Positions 31,381-41,510 of a DNA stretch of 64,000 bases are shown here, piece after piece; position 1 is the stretch's first letter, and each line of letters starts with the position of its first letter. The notes below the pieces were generated by a model. It ran no database searches. It was given only the letters and a program-made list of their open reading frames with translations, and was not told where the DNA came from. Where the stretch lies: NCBI GenBank assembly GCA_963741205.1, contig CAVUHW010000006.1, positions 32,001-96,000 on the forward strand, in the 5' to 3' direction. This DNA is from Nitrospirota bacterium (GTDB lineage Bacteria > Nitrospirota > UBA9217). The translations under genes and the position numbers were made by a program.

Positions 31381-31554
31381 AGAATACACTTCCTTTCCAG
31401 GTTACCTAACAGCTCTTTTTAAGCAACCATGGCGGTTATCTACCTACTATCCATCTATAATAAGGATATATCTTGTCCTGTTAATAGTCAAGGGATAACG
31501 AAACTATGCAACATATTGATTCATTGATGAAATGACCGAATTTTTGAGCTGAGT

Positions 31555-31639
31555 TTATCCTGAGCGGCCGCAAACGAGATTGCAGCGTTCATGCAGAGCG
31601 ATAAAAAACGAGATTGCCTCGTTACGCTCGTAGTGACGG
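31555..31639. repeat. Degenerate REP-like remnant
   Basis: atcctgagcg and two gagattgc modules, ending gctcgtagtgacgg. Confidence 0.4.
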
Positions 31640-31715
31640 CTGGGCAAATTTTTTCAGGCTCGCAGGCTTGATTGTTTTCTTGAATTCTTGCGCCCCTCCG
31701 TGCTAAACTTCTTTC

Positions 31716-33350
31716 GTGATCGCCGCGCTCGTCATCTTCCTCATCACCTACGTTTTCATCGGACTCAGGCAGATCCCGCGCCTGCGCATCGACCGGCCCG
31801 CGGGAGCGCTCGTGGGAGCGGTGCTCATGATCGTCACGGGCGTCTTGACCCTCGACCAGGCATTCGCCGCCATAGATATGCACACGCTTCTGCTTCTCCT
31901 CGGGATGATGATAATCACCGTCTACCTCAGGACAGCCGGCTTCTTTGAACTCATCGCGGACAAGATACTGTCGATTTCGCGGACGCCGTTCCAGCTTCTG
32001 CTGCTCGTGGTTCTTTCCTCCGGCCTGCTTTCCGCCTTGTTTGTGAATGATACGATATGTCTGCTTTACACCCCGATCATCCTTGAAGTAACGGCGCAAC
32101 TCGGGGTGCGCCCCATGCCGTATCTACTCGCGCTCGCAACGTCGTCGAATGTTGGGAGCGTCATGACCGTCACGGGCAATCCGCAAAACATGTTGATCGG
32201 CATCTATTCGAAAATTCCCTACCTCTCTTTCCTCGGCCACCTGTTTCCCGTCGCGCTCGCCGGCCTCGCCGCTTGTGTTGCGGTGATTTGGTTCACGTAC
32301 CGGCGGGAGATGAGGAATGTCGGCTTTCCGGCACGACCGACGACGCCCCCCTATCAGGTGAAAAAGGCATTGCTCGTCAAATCACTGCTCGTATGCGCAG
32401 CCGTGCTCGTTTCTTTCTCCCTTGGGCACGCCTATTCACTTGTGGCGGCGGTGGGCGCCGTGGTTCTGCTGCTCATCGGCAGGGTGCGCACGGAGCGGAT
32501 CCTGGAAGGAGTTGACTGGACGCTCCTGTTGTTCTTCTCGGGTCTGTTTGTTGTGATGCACGGGGTGGAGACGTCGGGCCTGGCCGCAGCCGTGATCGGG
32601 AAGGCCGGTGACCTCGCGTCGCTCTCACCCTTCTGGCAGATAGCCGGGTTGTCGTCGGTAGCGGTCGTCCTCTCGAACCTGGTGAGCAATGTTCCCGCGG
32701 TAATGCTGCTTAAGCCGCTCACGCAGTCGCTGGGAGGCGGCCATGCCGCCTGGCTGGCCCTGGCCATGAGCAGCACCCTTGCGGGCAACCTCACCTTGAT
32801 CGGGTCCGTCGCGAACCTGATCGTCGCGCAGCAGGCAGGAAGGCGCGTAGAGATCGGGTTCATGGAATATCTCCGGGTCGGCGCGCTCATAACGATCATT
32901 TCCGTCACCGTCGGGATCCTGGTCCTTTCAGCCGAAGTCCATCTGGCCCATGGCGCGGAAGCAGCCGCTGCCGAGACCGGAGCGCCGCCGAAGACAATCA
33001 CTATTACGCCCGCCGATCATGCGTCCGCCCCTCAGAAGTACCGCATCGTGCTCCTTTGCGATACTCCGTTTTCCCGCGAACGTGGTCTTCAGGGTTTTCG
33101 CCAGTTAAAACGAGCCGAATCGGCCCTGTTCGTTTTCCAAAAGCCGGAAGCAGTGACGTTCTGGATGGGGAGTGTCGATTATCCGATCGACATCATCTTT
33201 GTCGGCCCCAACAGGAAAGTCGTCCGGGTTTACGCGAACTGCCGGCCCGGGAGCCTGGAATACTATCCCTCGACAGCGCCGGTTCAATGGGTGATCGAGA
33301 CCGCAGCAGGTTCCGGGATCAAGGCCGGGGATGTGGCGAGCTTTCAGTAG
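31716..33350 (+). CDS. ArsB/citrate-transporter-family (Lsi2-like) anion permease fused to C-terminal DUF192
   Basis: DRPAGALVGA, SALFVNDTICL, GNPQNMLI, NLVSNVPAV, STLAGNLTLIGSVANLIV; then DTP..RERGL...FVF...FWM...PIDIIF...VIE...GD. Confidence 0.88.
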   Translation: MIAALVIFLITYVFIGLRQIPRLRIDRPAGALVGAVLMIVTGVLTLDQAFAAIDMHTLLLLLGMMIITVYLRTAGFFELIADKILSISRTPFQLLLLVVLSSGLLSALFVNDTICLLYTPIILEVTAQLGVRPMPYLLALATSSNVGSVMTVTGNPQNMLIGIYSKIPYLSFLGHLFPVALAGLAACVAVIWFTYRREMRNVGFPARPTTPPYQVKKALLVKSLLVCAAVLVSFSLGHAYSLVAAVGAVVLLLIGRVRTERILEGVDWTLLLFFSGLFVVMHGVETSGLAAAVIGKAGDLASLSPFWQIAGLSSVAVVLSNLVSNVPAVMLLKPLTQSLGGGHAAWLALAMSSTLAGNLTLIGSVANLIVAQQAGRRVEIGFMEYLRVGALITIISVTVGILVLSAEVHLAHGAEAAAAETGAPPKTITITPADHASAPQKYRIVLLCDTPFSRERGLQGFRQLKRAESALFVFQKPEAVTFWMGSVDYPIDIIFVGPNRKVVRVYANCRPGSLEYYPSTAPVQWVIETAAGSGIKAGDVASFQ

Positions 33351-33532
33351 CTCGCGGATTTCCGGTTAACGCTTGCGAAAGTCAAAAAAGAGACTGGCAA
33401 TCGGCGTTGAATCTTCCCCTGACCCAACCCCTCCTTCAATAATTCTTGTTTTTCCGAATTCCATTGTTTATAATGATCGTTCCACGTTGGACTTGATACA
33501 AAACTTTACCCCGTGATCTGGAGGTTTTTCGT

Positions 33533-33874
33533 ATGCCGATTTATGAATATGAATGCGGAAGCTGCGGCGGACGATTCGATGTCAGCCGGAAGTTCAGTGA
33601 TCCGGCCGATACCGTCTGCGTCCTGTGCAATGCCGCTAACGTCAAAAAGGTGCTGTCGACGCCGGCCTTCATGCTGAAGGGCGGCGGCTGGTACGCCACG
33701 GATTACCCGTCGGCGGACAGGAAACAGGGGAGCGAGGCGGACAGGAAACAGGGGGGCGAGGCGGACAGGAAACAGGGGGGTGAAACAGAAAAGACCGCCG
33801 CTGACCCGAAGCCGGCGGCAGGCTGCGCCAAAGGCGCCTGCGCTGGGACATGTCCTTCCAAGGGCCCGGCTTGA
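33533..33874 (+). CDS. FmdB-family zinc-ribbon regulatory protein
   Basis: MPIYEYECGSCG...CVLC...KGGGWYATDY. Confidence 0.9.
   Translation: MPIYEYECGSCGGRFDVSRKFSDPADTVCVLCNAANVKKVLSTPAFMLKGGGWYATDYPSADRKQGSEADRKQGGEADRKQGGETEKTAADPKPAAGCAKGACAGTCPSKGPA
33712..33783 (+). repeat. 3x24-nt tandem repeat (ADRKQGxE)
   Basis: ggcggacaggaaacagggg(a/g)gcga repeated. Confidence 0.9.
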
Positions 33875-34665
33875 TGGAACCGATCCACATTCACATCCCC
33901 TATCCCAAGCTGAAGGACTTTTTTAAAATGGTCCGTATCCGCCGCTATGACCTGGAGATTTATTTCTCGGCGGCCGTCCTCGACCAGATCGAAAGGCACG
34001 ATCTCGAGAGTCTTTTAGAGCAACTCGATTGGGGCCCCAAACTGACGCTCCATGCACCCTTCATGGATTTAAATCCCGGGGCCATGGATCCCATGGTGCG
34101 TTCGGTTACCCAGGTCCGGTACCGCCAGCTCCTGAACGTCGCGGCCATCCTCAAGCCGCGCGCCGCGGTGTTCCACGCCGCGTATGACCGGTGGCGGTAC
34201 AGCGGCAGGAAAGACGTCTGGCTCGACAACAGCCTCGAGACATGGCGGAAGGTGATGGAGTCGGCGTCGAAGACAGGTTTACGCGTGGCCGTGGAAAACG
34301 TGTTTGACGACGACCCCGAAGCGCTTCTCATGCTCATCGAGAAAATCGACAGCCCTGACTTCGGGTTCTGTTTCGATACGGGCCACTTCAACCTCTTCTC
34401 CTCGGTCCCGATGGAACGATGGTTCGAAACCCTCGGCCGCCGCCTCATCGAAGTTCACCTGCACGACAACGACGGCACCGCCGATTCCCACTGGGCGCCG
34501 GGCCGGGGGACGGTCAAATTTGAAAAATTTTTCAGCTTGATGAAGGCGCACTCGCCCATGCCGGTCTTCACCATCGAGGCGCATGACAAGGAAGATATCG
34601 AGAGGAGTCTCGGTCGGGTGAGGGGACTCATCACAACCGGGCTTCTGCCGCCCGCCTCCCCGTAA
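33874..34665 (+). CDS. Sugar phosphate isomerase/epimerase (AP endonuclease 2 TIM barrel)
   Basis: TLHAPFMDL, VAVENV, CFDTGH, VHLHDNDGTADSH. Confidence 0.88.
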   Translation: MEPIHIHIPYPKLKDFFKMVRIRRYDLEIYFSAAVLDQIERHDLESLLEQLDWGPKLTLHAPFMDLNPGAMDPMVRSVTQVRYRQLLNVAAILKPRAAVFHAAYDRWRYSGRKDVWLDNSLETWRKVMESASKTGLRVAVENVFDDDPEALLMLIEKIDSPDFGFCFDTGHFNLFSSVPMERWFETLGRRLIEVHLHDNDGTADSHWAPGRGTVKFEKFFSLMKAHSPMPVFTIEAHDKEDIERSLGRVRGLITTGLLPPASP

Positions 34666-34775
34666 GCGCCCAACCGGCCGGGGCAATGGCATTGGGCAGG
34701 ATTCACGAAAATCTCTCATTCGATGAAGGAATGTTTATCTTGACACCCATCTGTGGTTCGCATAGACTTAAGCTC

Positions 34776-36525
34776 ATGAAAAAATTTTACCGGGTTTTCG
34801 TATTCCTGATTTTTTCCGCTTCCTGCGCGGCCCTTCCGGCGCGCATGCCTGATACGACGATGGAACGCGCCAGCTCCGAAGACCGGACCCAGGCCGATGC
34901 CTATTATCACTTCATGGTCGCCAGCATGCTTGAGCAGGAGGGTAATCTTGACAAGGCGATGAGCGAGTATGAACAGGCATTCGCCCTGGACCCGAAGTCG
35001 GCCGAGACGGCGTTCTCGCTTGCGTCCCTGTCGCTGCGCAAGGGCCACACCGACCAGGCGGCCCGCTACGCGCAGAAGGCCATAGAACTCCAGCCCGATA
35101 AGACGCAGGCGCTTATGCTGCTGGCCGGCATCTATACGAGCACGAAGAAGTATGATGACGCGATCTCCACCTATCGCCGGGTGATCGCCATCGACCCGAA
35201 GGCAGGAGGAAGCCTACCTTTACCTCGGTTCGCTTTTCGCCTCGCTCAAACGTTATGACGAGGCGATCTCAACGTTCCGCTCCATCGAGAAGGTCAATCC
35301 CAATTCCGTCACTGCGCCGTATTACATAGGCAGGATCTACCTGGAGCGGCAGATGTACGCCGAGGCGCTCGCCGAATTCAAGCGTGCGGCCTCACTGCAC
35401 GACGGCTTCGAACCTGCCTACACGAGCATCGGGCTGGTCTATGAGCTCATGGACAAGGTCCCCGAAGCGATCGAAGCATACAAGAAGGCCATTGCCATTA
35501 ATCCCCACGATATCGAGGTCCTGCAGCACTTGGGACAGCTCCACATTCAGCAGAACGACCTCGACAGCGCTCTGGAGGAGTTCAAACAGGTAGTCGCCTC
35601 GGACGCCCACAACTACGATGCCCTGGCCAAGATTGGCCTCATTTACGCAGAGAAGAAAAAGTACGGAGAGGCCCTTCAGGCCTTCAAGGCCGTTGCGCAG
35701 GGGGTACCGGGCGACCTGAAGATCAGGCATTACGTGGCCTCGACTCTGGTGGCGCTGGAACGGTACAGCGAGGCGCTTCAGGAATACAAAACCATTCTTG
35801 CGGCGTCGCCGGAGGACACCGATGTCGTCCTTCAAATCGCCTACCTCTACGCGCAGATGGGCAAGACCAGCGAAGCCGTCCCGTTCCTTGAAAAGGCGCT
35901 CGCCGAACAGCCGGGAAAACCCGAACTCTACCTCTACCTTGCCAATGCTTATCTGGACACGGAACAATACGGGCGGGCTGTTGATACGTTGAAGCAAGGG
36001 ATTGAACTTGCGCCGGACCGCGATGACCTGCTATTCACCCTCGCCATAGCCTACGAAAAGCAGGGCAACCGGGAAGCGATGGTTGTCGCGCTCAAAAAGG
36101 CCATCGAGTTGAAACCGGACAATGCCGAGGCGCTGAACTACCTGGGATATTCTTACGCCGAAAAAGGTGAAAATCTGGACGAGGCAATCAGGCTTATCAA
36201 GCGAGCCCTCGAGGTCAAGCCGGACAGCGGTTACATCCTCGACAGCCTCGCCTGGGCCTACTATCAGAAGGGCCGGTTGAACGACGCGCTGGAGGTCATG
36301 AAAAAGGCGGTCTCGCACGTAGGGGAAGACCCTGTCATGCGCGAACACTACGGCGACATCTACTTGAAGCTGTCCCAAAAGGACAAGGCCCGTGAACAGT
36401 GGCTCAAGTCTCTTGAACTGGACCCCGGGAACCGGAATCTCCGGGATCGATTCAGGGCGATGGGGTTTGGGGACCCCGATGAGCTGCTCAAGAATGCGAG
36501 CCCGAAGAATAAAAGCAAGAAGTGA
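34776..36525 (+). CDS. Long TPR-repeat lipoprotein; frameshift near 35205
   Basis: Lipobox SAS-C, AYYHF, many TPRs, ALNYLGYSYAE...YILDSLAWAYY...EHYGDIY. Confidence 0.88.
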
Positions 36526-37292
36526 AGATCACGCGATTCATCACCCTCATTCTCATTCCTCTCCTGTTCGCCTGCTCCCCCAAAAAACCGGAGGTGCCGC
36601 TTCTTGCCGCGCCCCCCGAACCGCTCCTTCGGGCCTTGGAACGGCACCGGCAGTCGTTTTCCGGTCTCAAGGCCCTCGCAAGCATCGAGATCGTGAAGGG
36701 AACCCGGAAGCGTACGCTCGATACGGTCGGCATCGTGGTTGACGGCGAGCGCCGTTTACGGATAGAGGCTTACGGCCCGTTGGGCCAATCCCTGTCGGCA
36801 ATTGTGTGGGACGGCCGGGAGATTCTCTTGCGCAGGCCGGGGGAAGAAAAGGTTGAGCGTCCCGGTCCGGAAGGACTGGAGAGGCTCTTTGGACGTGGGA
36901 TGGAACCGTCTGAATTATGCGCAGTGCTCTCAGGAAATATACCCGAAACGGGCGCTGCCGCTACGCTCTTGTGCGGCAAGGACGGAATGTGCGTCTTGGA
37001 GCTGCAAACCGGTGACAGCTTCCGGGAGGTCCGTATATCTTATCTCCCAGCGGAATCGGCGCGGGAGCCGCGTGTTCTTTCCTACGCGTTATACCGGGCA
37101 GGCAAATTGAAGTTCCAAGCCCATTTTGACCGGTACGTGGAAATTTCCCATTATGCTCTGCCCGTGCAGATCTCGGTCGAGAATCCGGACAAGAAGCTGC
37201 ACGTGACCGTGGTCTACAGCGAAGCCGAGGTGAACACGCCGATCAGCGACGATGCTTTTACCCTGACCGAACAGGGGAGCAGCAGCCGGTAA
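36522..37292 (+). CDS. LolB-like / DUF4292-like lipoprotein
   Basis: Lipobox LFA-C; LRIEAYGPLGQ motif; position between TPR gene and ispE. Confidence 0.65.
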   Translation: MKITRFITLILIPLLFACSPKKPEVPLLAAPPEPLLRALERHRQSFSGLKALASIEIVKGTRKRTLDTVGIVVDGERRLRIEAYGPLGQSLSAIVWDGREILLRRPGEEKVERPGPEGLERLFGRGMEPSELCAVLSGNIPETGAAATLLCGKDGMCVLELQTGDSFREVRISYLPAESAREPRVLSYALYRAGKLKFQAHFDRYVEISHYALPVQISVENPDKKLHVTVVYSEAEVNTPISDDAFTLTEQGSSSR

Positions 37293-37439
37293 TCACGAAC
37301 GTCGCAACAAGTTGAGTGTACCGCCCGATTTTTTCCCTGCGCTTCCTCTGCGGCGAAAAATCGGTTCCGCGGGTACTTCCGTAAATGGAGCAGGCAAATC
37401 AACTCAAAAAGAGTGATAAAATTGTAATAGAGGAGTGCG

Positions 37440-38307
37440 ATGAACGCGGTCACACTTCGGTCGCCGGCAAAGATAAATCTCTGCCTTCGGGTGTTGGGCA
37501 AACGGCCCGACGGATACCATGAGGTGGAGATGCTGATGCAGATGGTGGGGCTCTACGATGAGGTCACGGTGTCGTCGAGACGGAAGGGGCATCGAGGTGC
37601 GTTGCGATGCCGGCGATGTCCCGACACAGGAAGGCAATATTGCGTGGAAGGCCGCCCGCGAGCTTCTCAAAGAGGCCGGGAGCAGCGCCGGACTCGTTAT
37701 TGAGCTCAAAAAAAACATCCCTGTTGCGGCAGGGCTCGGCGGCGGGAGCGGGAATGCGGCGGCGGTAATCGTTGCGGCGAACCGGCTTCTCGGCCTCGGG
37801 TTCGGCCAGGAGCGGCTTGCTGAAATCGGCGCACGGGTGGGGATGGACGTTCCCTTCTTCTTTTTCGGACCGACGGCCATGGCCCGGGGAAGGGGAGAAA
37901 TCCTGACGTCCTTGCCTGCGGCGCCCCGCTTTTGGGTTCTGCTGGTCAATCCGGGGTTTGAGACCTCCACGGCGTGGGTGTATAAAAATATAAATTTGAG
38001 GTTGACAAAGAAAGTCGACTGTACTAAAATTGCACGGCTTACGGTCCGAAATATCGCCGAGGGGCTTCATAACGACCTCGAGGCCGTGACCGCGGCCGCT
38101 CACCCCGTTATCAAGAGGATTGAAGAGGCGCTCCTGGCCCAGCAGGCGCTGGGAGTGCGGATGAGCGGAAGCGGGCCGACGGTCTTCGGCATCTTTGAGA
38201 CCGAGTCCGCTTGCCGGGCTGCCGCAGCAAACCTCTCGGGCACGGGGTGGCGGTTCTTTCCGGCGGAGACACTGACCGAATCGCCGTTTGCGGAGCACCT
38301 GATGTGA
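37440..38307 (+). CDS. ispE: 4-diphosphocytidyl-2-C-methyl-D-erythritol kinase; frameshift near 37575
   Basis: SPAKINLCL...RPDGYHE, KNIPVAAGLGGGSGNAA, NDLE, MSGSGPTVF. Confidence 0.95.
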
Positions 38308-38381
38308 ACGAGGGCGCCGTCGGGTGTGACGGCGCGCCACCTCCAGCTGAAAAGCACGTTGACATCACGAGGAGGTAGCCT

Positions 38382-38684
38382 ATGGACGTTACAGAGGTGA
38401 GGGTATTTCCGGTCAATAACGAAGAGCGGCTCAAAGCATATGCGACCATAACGATTGATAACGTGTTTTTAATCCGGGACCTGCGGGTGATTAACGGGAA
38501 CGCCGGGTTGTTCGTGGCCATGCCGAGCCGGAAAATGAAGGACGGGACGTTCAAGGACATCGCCCATCCGCTGAACAGCGAGACGAGGCAGTTGATCGAA
38601 CAGAAGGTCCTTGCGGAATACGAGCGGGAATTGGCAAATCCCACGAAGAGAGAGCAGCCCCCGAAAGACGCCGAAACAAAGTAA
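38382..38684 (+). CDS. spoVG: SpoVG nucleic-acid-binding regulator
   Basis: VTEVRV...[28 protein letters not shown]...FKDIAHPLN. Confidence 0.95.
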   Translation: MDVTEVRVFPVNNEERLKAYATITIDNVFLIRDLRVINGNAGLFVAMPSRKMKDGTFKDIAHPLNSETRQLIEQKVLAEYERELANPTKREQPPKDAETK

Positions 38685-38795
38685 TTGAACGCTGTATTTT
38701 TTTGCCGATTCTGCATCGATGCGAGAGGATAGGCGCGCGCCTATCCTTTTGATGTTTATTCGGTTGTCGAGCCTTGATGCGGCTTTAGCCCCCAT

Positions 38796-38869
38796 TCGGG
38801 GATCGTCTAATGGTAGGACAGAGGCCTTTGAAGCCTTTTATCGGGGTTCGACTCCCTGTCCCCGAACCA
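38796..38869 (+). tRNA. tRNA-Gln (UUG)
   Basis: Acceptor tcgggga/tccccga, anticodon arm gaggc-ctTTGaa-gcctt, GGTTCGA, 3' CCA. Confidence 0.95.
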
Positions 38870-38891
38870 GTGTGCTGAAGGAAGAGGTCCG

Positions 38892-39845
38892 ATGGTGAAA
38901 CTTCGAGGTCAAGAGATCAAGATTTTTTCCGGGAACGCCAACATAGCACTGGCGAAAGAGATCTGTCAGCGGATGAATCTTCCGCTCGGCAACGCCGTGG
39001 TCGGCCGATTTTCCGACGGCGAGATCAACGTGCAGATCGTGGATAATGTGCGCGGCATGGACGTGTTCGTGGTGCAGCCCACGTCGAGCCCGGTCAACCG
39101 GCATCTCATGGAACTGTTAATCATGATCGATGCGCTCAAACGGGCGTCGGCTGCGCGGATCACGGCCGTACTTCCCTACTACGGATACAGCAGGCAGGAT
39201 CGGAAGGTCCAGCCACGCGTCCCGATCACATCGAAGCTGGTTGCCGATCTGATCACCTCGGCCGGGGCGAACCGGGTGCTGACGGTGGACCTGCATGCGG
39301 GACAGATCCAGGGATTCTTCAACATTCCCGTGGACAATCTATTTGCCGCACCCGTACTCCTCGACTATCTCAAGGGAAAGAAGTTCAACAACCTGACGGT
39401 GATTTCGCCCGATGCCGGCGGCGTGGAGCGCGCCCGGGCCTTTGCCAAGCGGCTCGGCGCGGCGCTCGCGATCATCGACAAGCGGCGGGACAAGCCGAAC
39501 GTCGCCCAGGTCATGCACATCATCGGCGACGTCAAAGGGCACGACTGCCTGCTTTTGGACGATATGGTGGACACGGCCGGCACCCTCACGGAGGGCGCAG
39601 GGGCGCTCAAGGCGAACGGGGCAGGCAACATCTACGCGGCCTGTACGCATGCGGTGCTCTCCGGTCCGGCCATCCAGCGGCTGAATGAGTCTCCGCTTGC
39701 CGAGCTGATCACCACGAACACCATCTCGCTCGACAGCAAACGGCAGGAATGCAAAAAGCTGATGGTCCTCTCCGTCGCGCCGCTCCTCGCGGAGGCGATC
39801 ACGAGGATCCACGAGGAAACATCGCTCAGTTCGCTGTTCGTGTAG
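38892..39845 (+). CDS. prs: Ribose-phosphate pyrophosphokinase
   Basis: RFSDGEI, PYYGYSRQDRK, DLHAGQIQGFF, DDMVDTAGTL. Confidence 0.97.
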   Translation: MVKLRGQEIKIFSGNANIALAKEICQRMNLPLGNAVVGRFSDGEINVQIVDNVRGMDVFVVQPTSSPVNRHLMELLIMIDALKRASAARITAVLPYYGYSRQDRKVQPRVPITSKLVADLITSAGANRVLTVDLHAGQIQGFFNIPVDNLFAAPVLLDYLKGKKFNNLTVISPDAGGVERARAFAKRLGAALAIIDKRRDKPNVAQVMHIIGDVKGHDCLLLDDMVDTAGTLTEGAGALKANGAGNIYAACTHAVLSGPAIQRLNESPLAELITTNTISLDSKRQECKKLMVLSVAPLLAEAITRIHEETSLSSLFV

Positions 39846-39865
39846 CGGAAAAAGATTACTACGAA

Positions 39866-39910
39866 GTCATCCCCGATTATATCATTCGGGGACAGGCGTT
39901 GAATCGGGGA
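39866..39910. repeat. REP-like palindrome
   Basis: gtcatccccga...tcggggac with a second aatcgggga arm. Confidence 0.5.
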
Positions 39911-39950
39911 AGTTGACACATGATGCTTTATTAACTGTATCGGAGGAGAA

Positions 39951-40717
39951 ATGGAAAAGATCGCATTAACAGCGCAGGTCAGGGAAAAGGTCGGCAAGGG
40001 TGTCGCCCGGGGCCTGAGAAGGAACCAGATGGTGCCGGCGGTGCTGTACAGCCACGGCAAGTCCACGCCCATAGCGATGGGCAATAAGGACGTAACGAAG
40101 ATCCTCAATACCGAGGGCGGAGAGCACGCGCTCATCAGCCTCAGACTCGAGGGCGGCAAGGACGGGGCGGAGAAGATTGCACTGATCAAGGACTACCAGA
40201 TCGATCCCACGAGCGGCAAGCTCATCCATGTCGATCTCATGGAAGTGGCGATGAACGAGAAGGTAAAGATCCCGGTCGCTGTCCACATCGTAGGTACGGC
40301 CGTGGGTGTGAAGGAAGGCGGTATCTTCCAGTACGGCCTCCGGACGCTTGAGATCGAATGCACGCCGAACCTGATCCCCGACTCCATCGAGGTCAATATC
40401 TCGGAGCTCAAGATCAATGAGTCGCTCCATGTGCGGGACATCAAGGCGGCGGAAGGCATCAGGATCCTGACCGACGGCGACTCGACGGTCGCAACGATCC
40501 AGCCGCCGATTTCCGAGGCCAAGCTCGAGGCCATGCTGACCGCGACTCCGGCCGTTGCGGCCGAAGCCGGAGAGCCCGAACTCGTCAAGAAGCCGAAGAA
40601 GGAAGGCGAAGCGGCCGCTGCTCCGGCTGCCGAGGCCCGAAGGGCAAGGAAGGGGCGAAGGAAGCAGCTCCCAAGAAGGAAGCAGCTCCCAAGAAGGAAG
40701 CAGCCCCCAAGAAGTAA
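39951..40717 (+). CDS. rplY: 50S ribosomal protein L25/Ctc; frameshift near 40635, K/A/P-rich tail
   Basis: GKGVARGLRR..MVPAVLY, Q.DP....IHVDL, GVKEGG; probable tail (KEAAPK)x3 ending TAA 40715-40717. Confidence 0.93.
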
Positions 40718-40746
40718 GACCACGCGCGCTGATCTCCGGGCATTGA

Positions 40747-41310
40747 ATGAAAATCATCATCGGCCTCGGAAACCCGGGCAGAAAGTACGAGCGGACGCGC
40801 CACAACGCCGGTTTCATGGCCGCCGACGAGCTTGCAAAGTCACTGCGGGTTGATATCGTACAGGAAAAAAACCTCGCGCTCATCGGCAGGGTCCGGATCG
40901 ATTCCGAAGAAACCGTCCTGGCCAAGCCGCAGACGTATATGAACGAGAGCGGAAGGGCCGTGGCCGCGATCGCGAGGAGCGTCTATGCCGTTGCCTCCGA
41001 CCTCATCGTGATCCACGACGAGCTGGATCTTCCGCTCGGGTCCGTGCGCGTGAAGATCGGCGGGGGCCACGGCGGTCACAACGGACTCCGTTCCATCATC
41101 GAGCATCTGGGGTCATCTGATTTCGTCAGGGTACGCATCGGGATCGGCAGGCCAGCGGCGGGCATGGATGCAGCCGATTATGTGCTGAGCCCGTTTCTTG
41201 CGGAGGAGAAAAAACCGCTGTCCGACGTGATGACGCAGGGCGGGGAAACGGTCAAGGCAATTGTCCTGGAAGGCCCCGCGCGGGCCATGAACATGTTCAA
41301 TCAGCGATAG
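40747..41310 (+). CDS. pth: Peptidyl-tRNA hydrolase
   Basis: IGLGNPG.KYERTRHNAGF, KPQTYMNESG, GGHGGHNGLRS. Confidence 0.97.
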   Translation: MKIIIGLGNPGRKYERTRHNAGFMAADELAKSLRVDIVQEKNLALIGRVRIDSEETVLAKPQTYMNESGRAVAAIARSVYAVASDLIVIHDELDLPLGSVRVKIGGGHGGHNGLRSIIEHLGSSDFVRVRIGIGRPAAGMDAADYVLSPFLAEEKKPLSDVMTQGGETVKAIVLEGPARAMNMFNQR

Positions 41311-41345
41311 CCGCACCTTTCAGGGTGCGTTCTTCATTCCTTGAG

Positions 41346-41394
41346 AACAAGCCCGGACCTGAAGGACCATTCCGACAGCTCCGGGTTTTTTGTT
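41346..41394 (+). terminator. Probable terminator after pth
   Basis: gcccgga...tccgggtttttt. Confidence 0.55.
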
Positions 41395-41510
41395 GCTAAA
41401 ACACCGGCAAGATTTATAAAAGCGGATGAAGAAGAATTAAGACAATATTTTTTCTCGACGTGCTCATTTGCGGGCATATCGATTCGTTGGATGTAAGAAG
41501 GAGTTTTCTC

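Noticed and set aside
33712-33783. Direct repeats as possible CRISPR array
   Set aside because: Contiguous in-frame tandem repeats without spacers; no cas genes in the window.
38796-38869. tRNA-Gln as an integration site
   Set aside because: No integrase or duplicated 3' end; prs follows directly as in the conserved operon.
40658-40714. 18-nt tandem repeat at the end of rplY and apparent overlap of the rplY ORF with pth
   Set aside because: Ordinary low-complexity KEAAPK tail; the overlap is caused by a frameshift.
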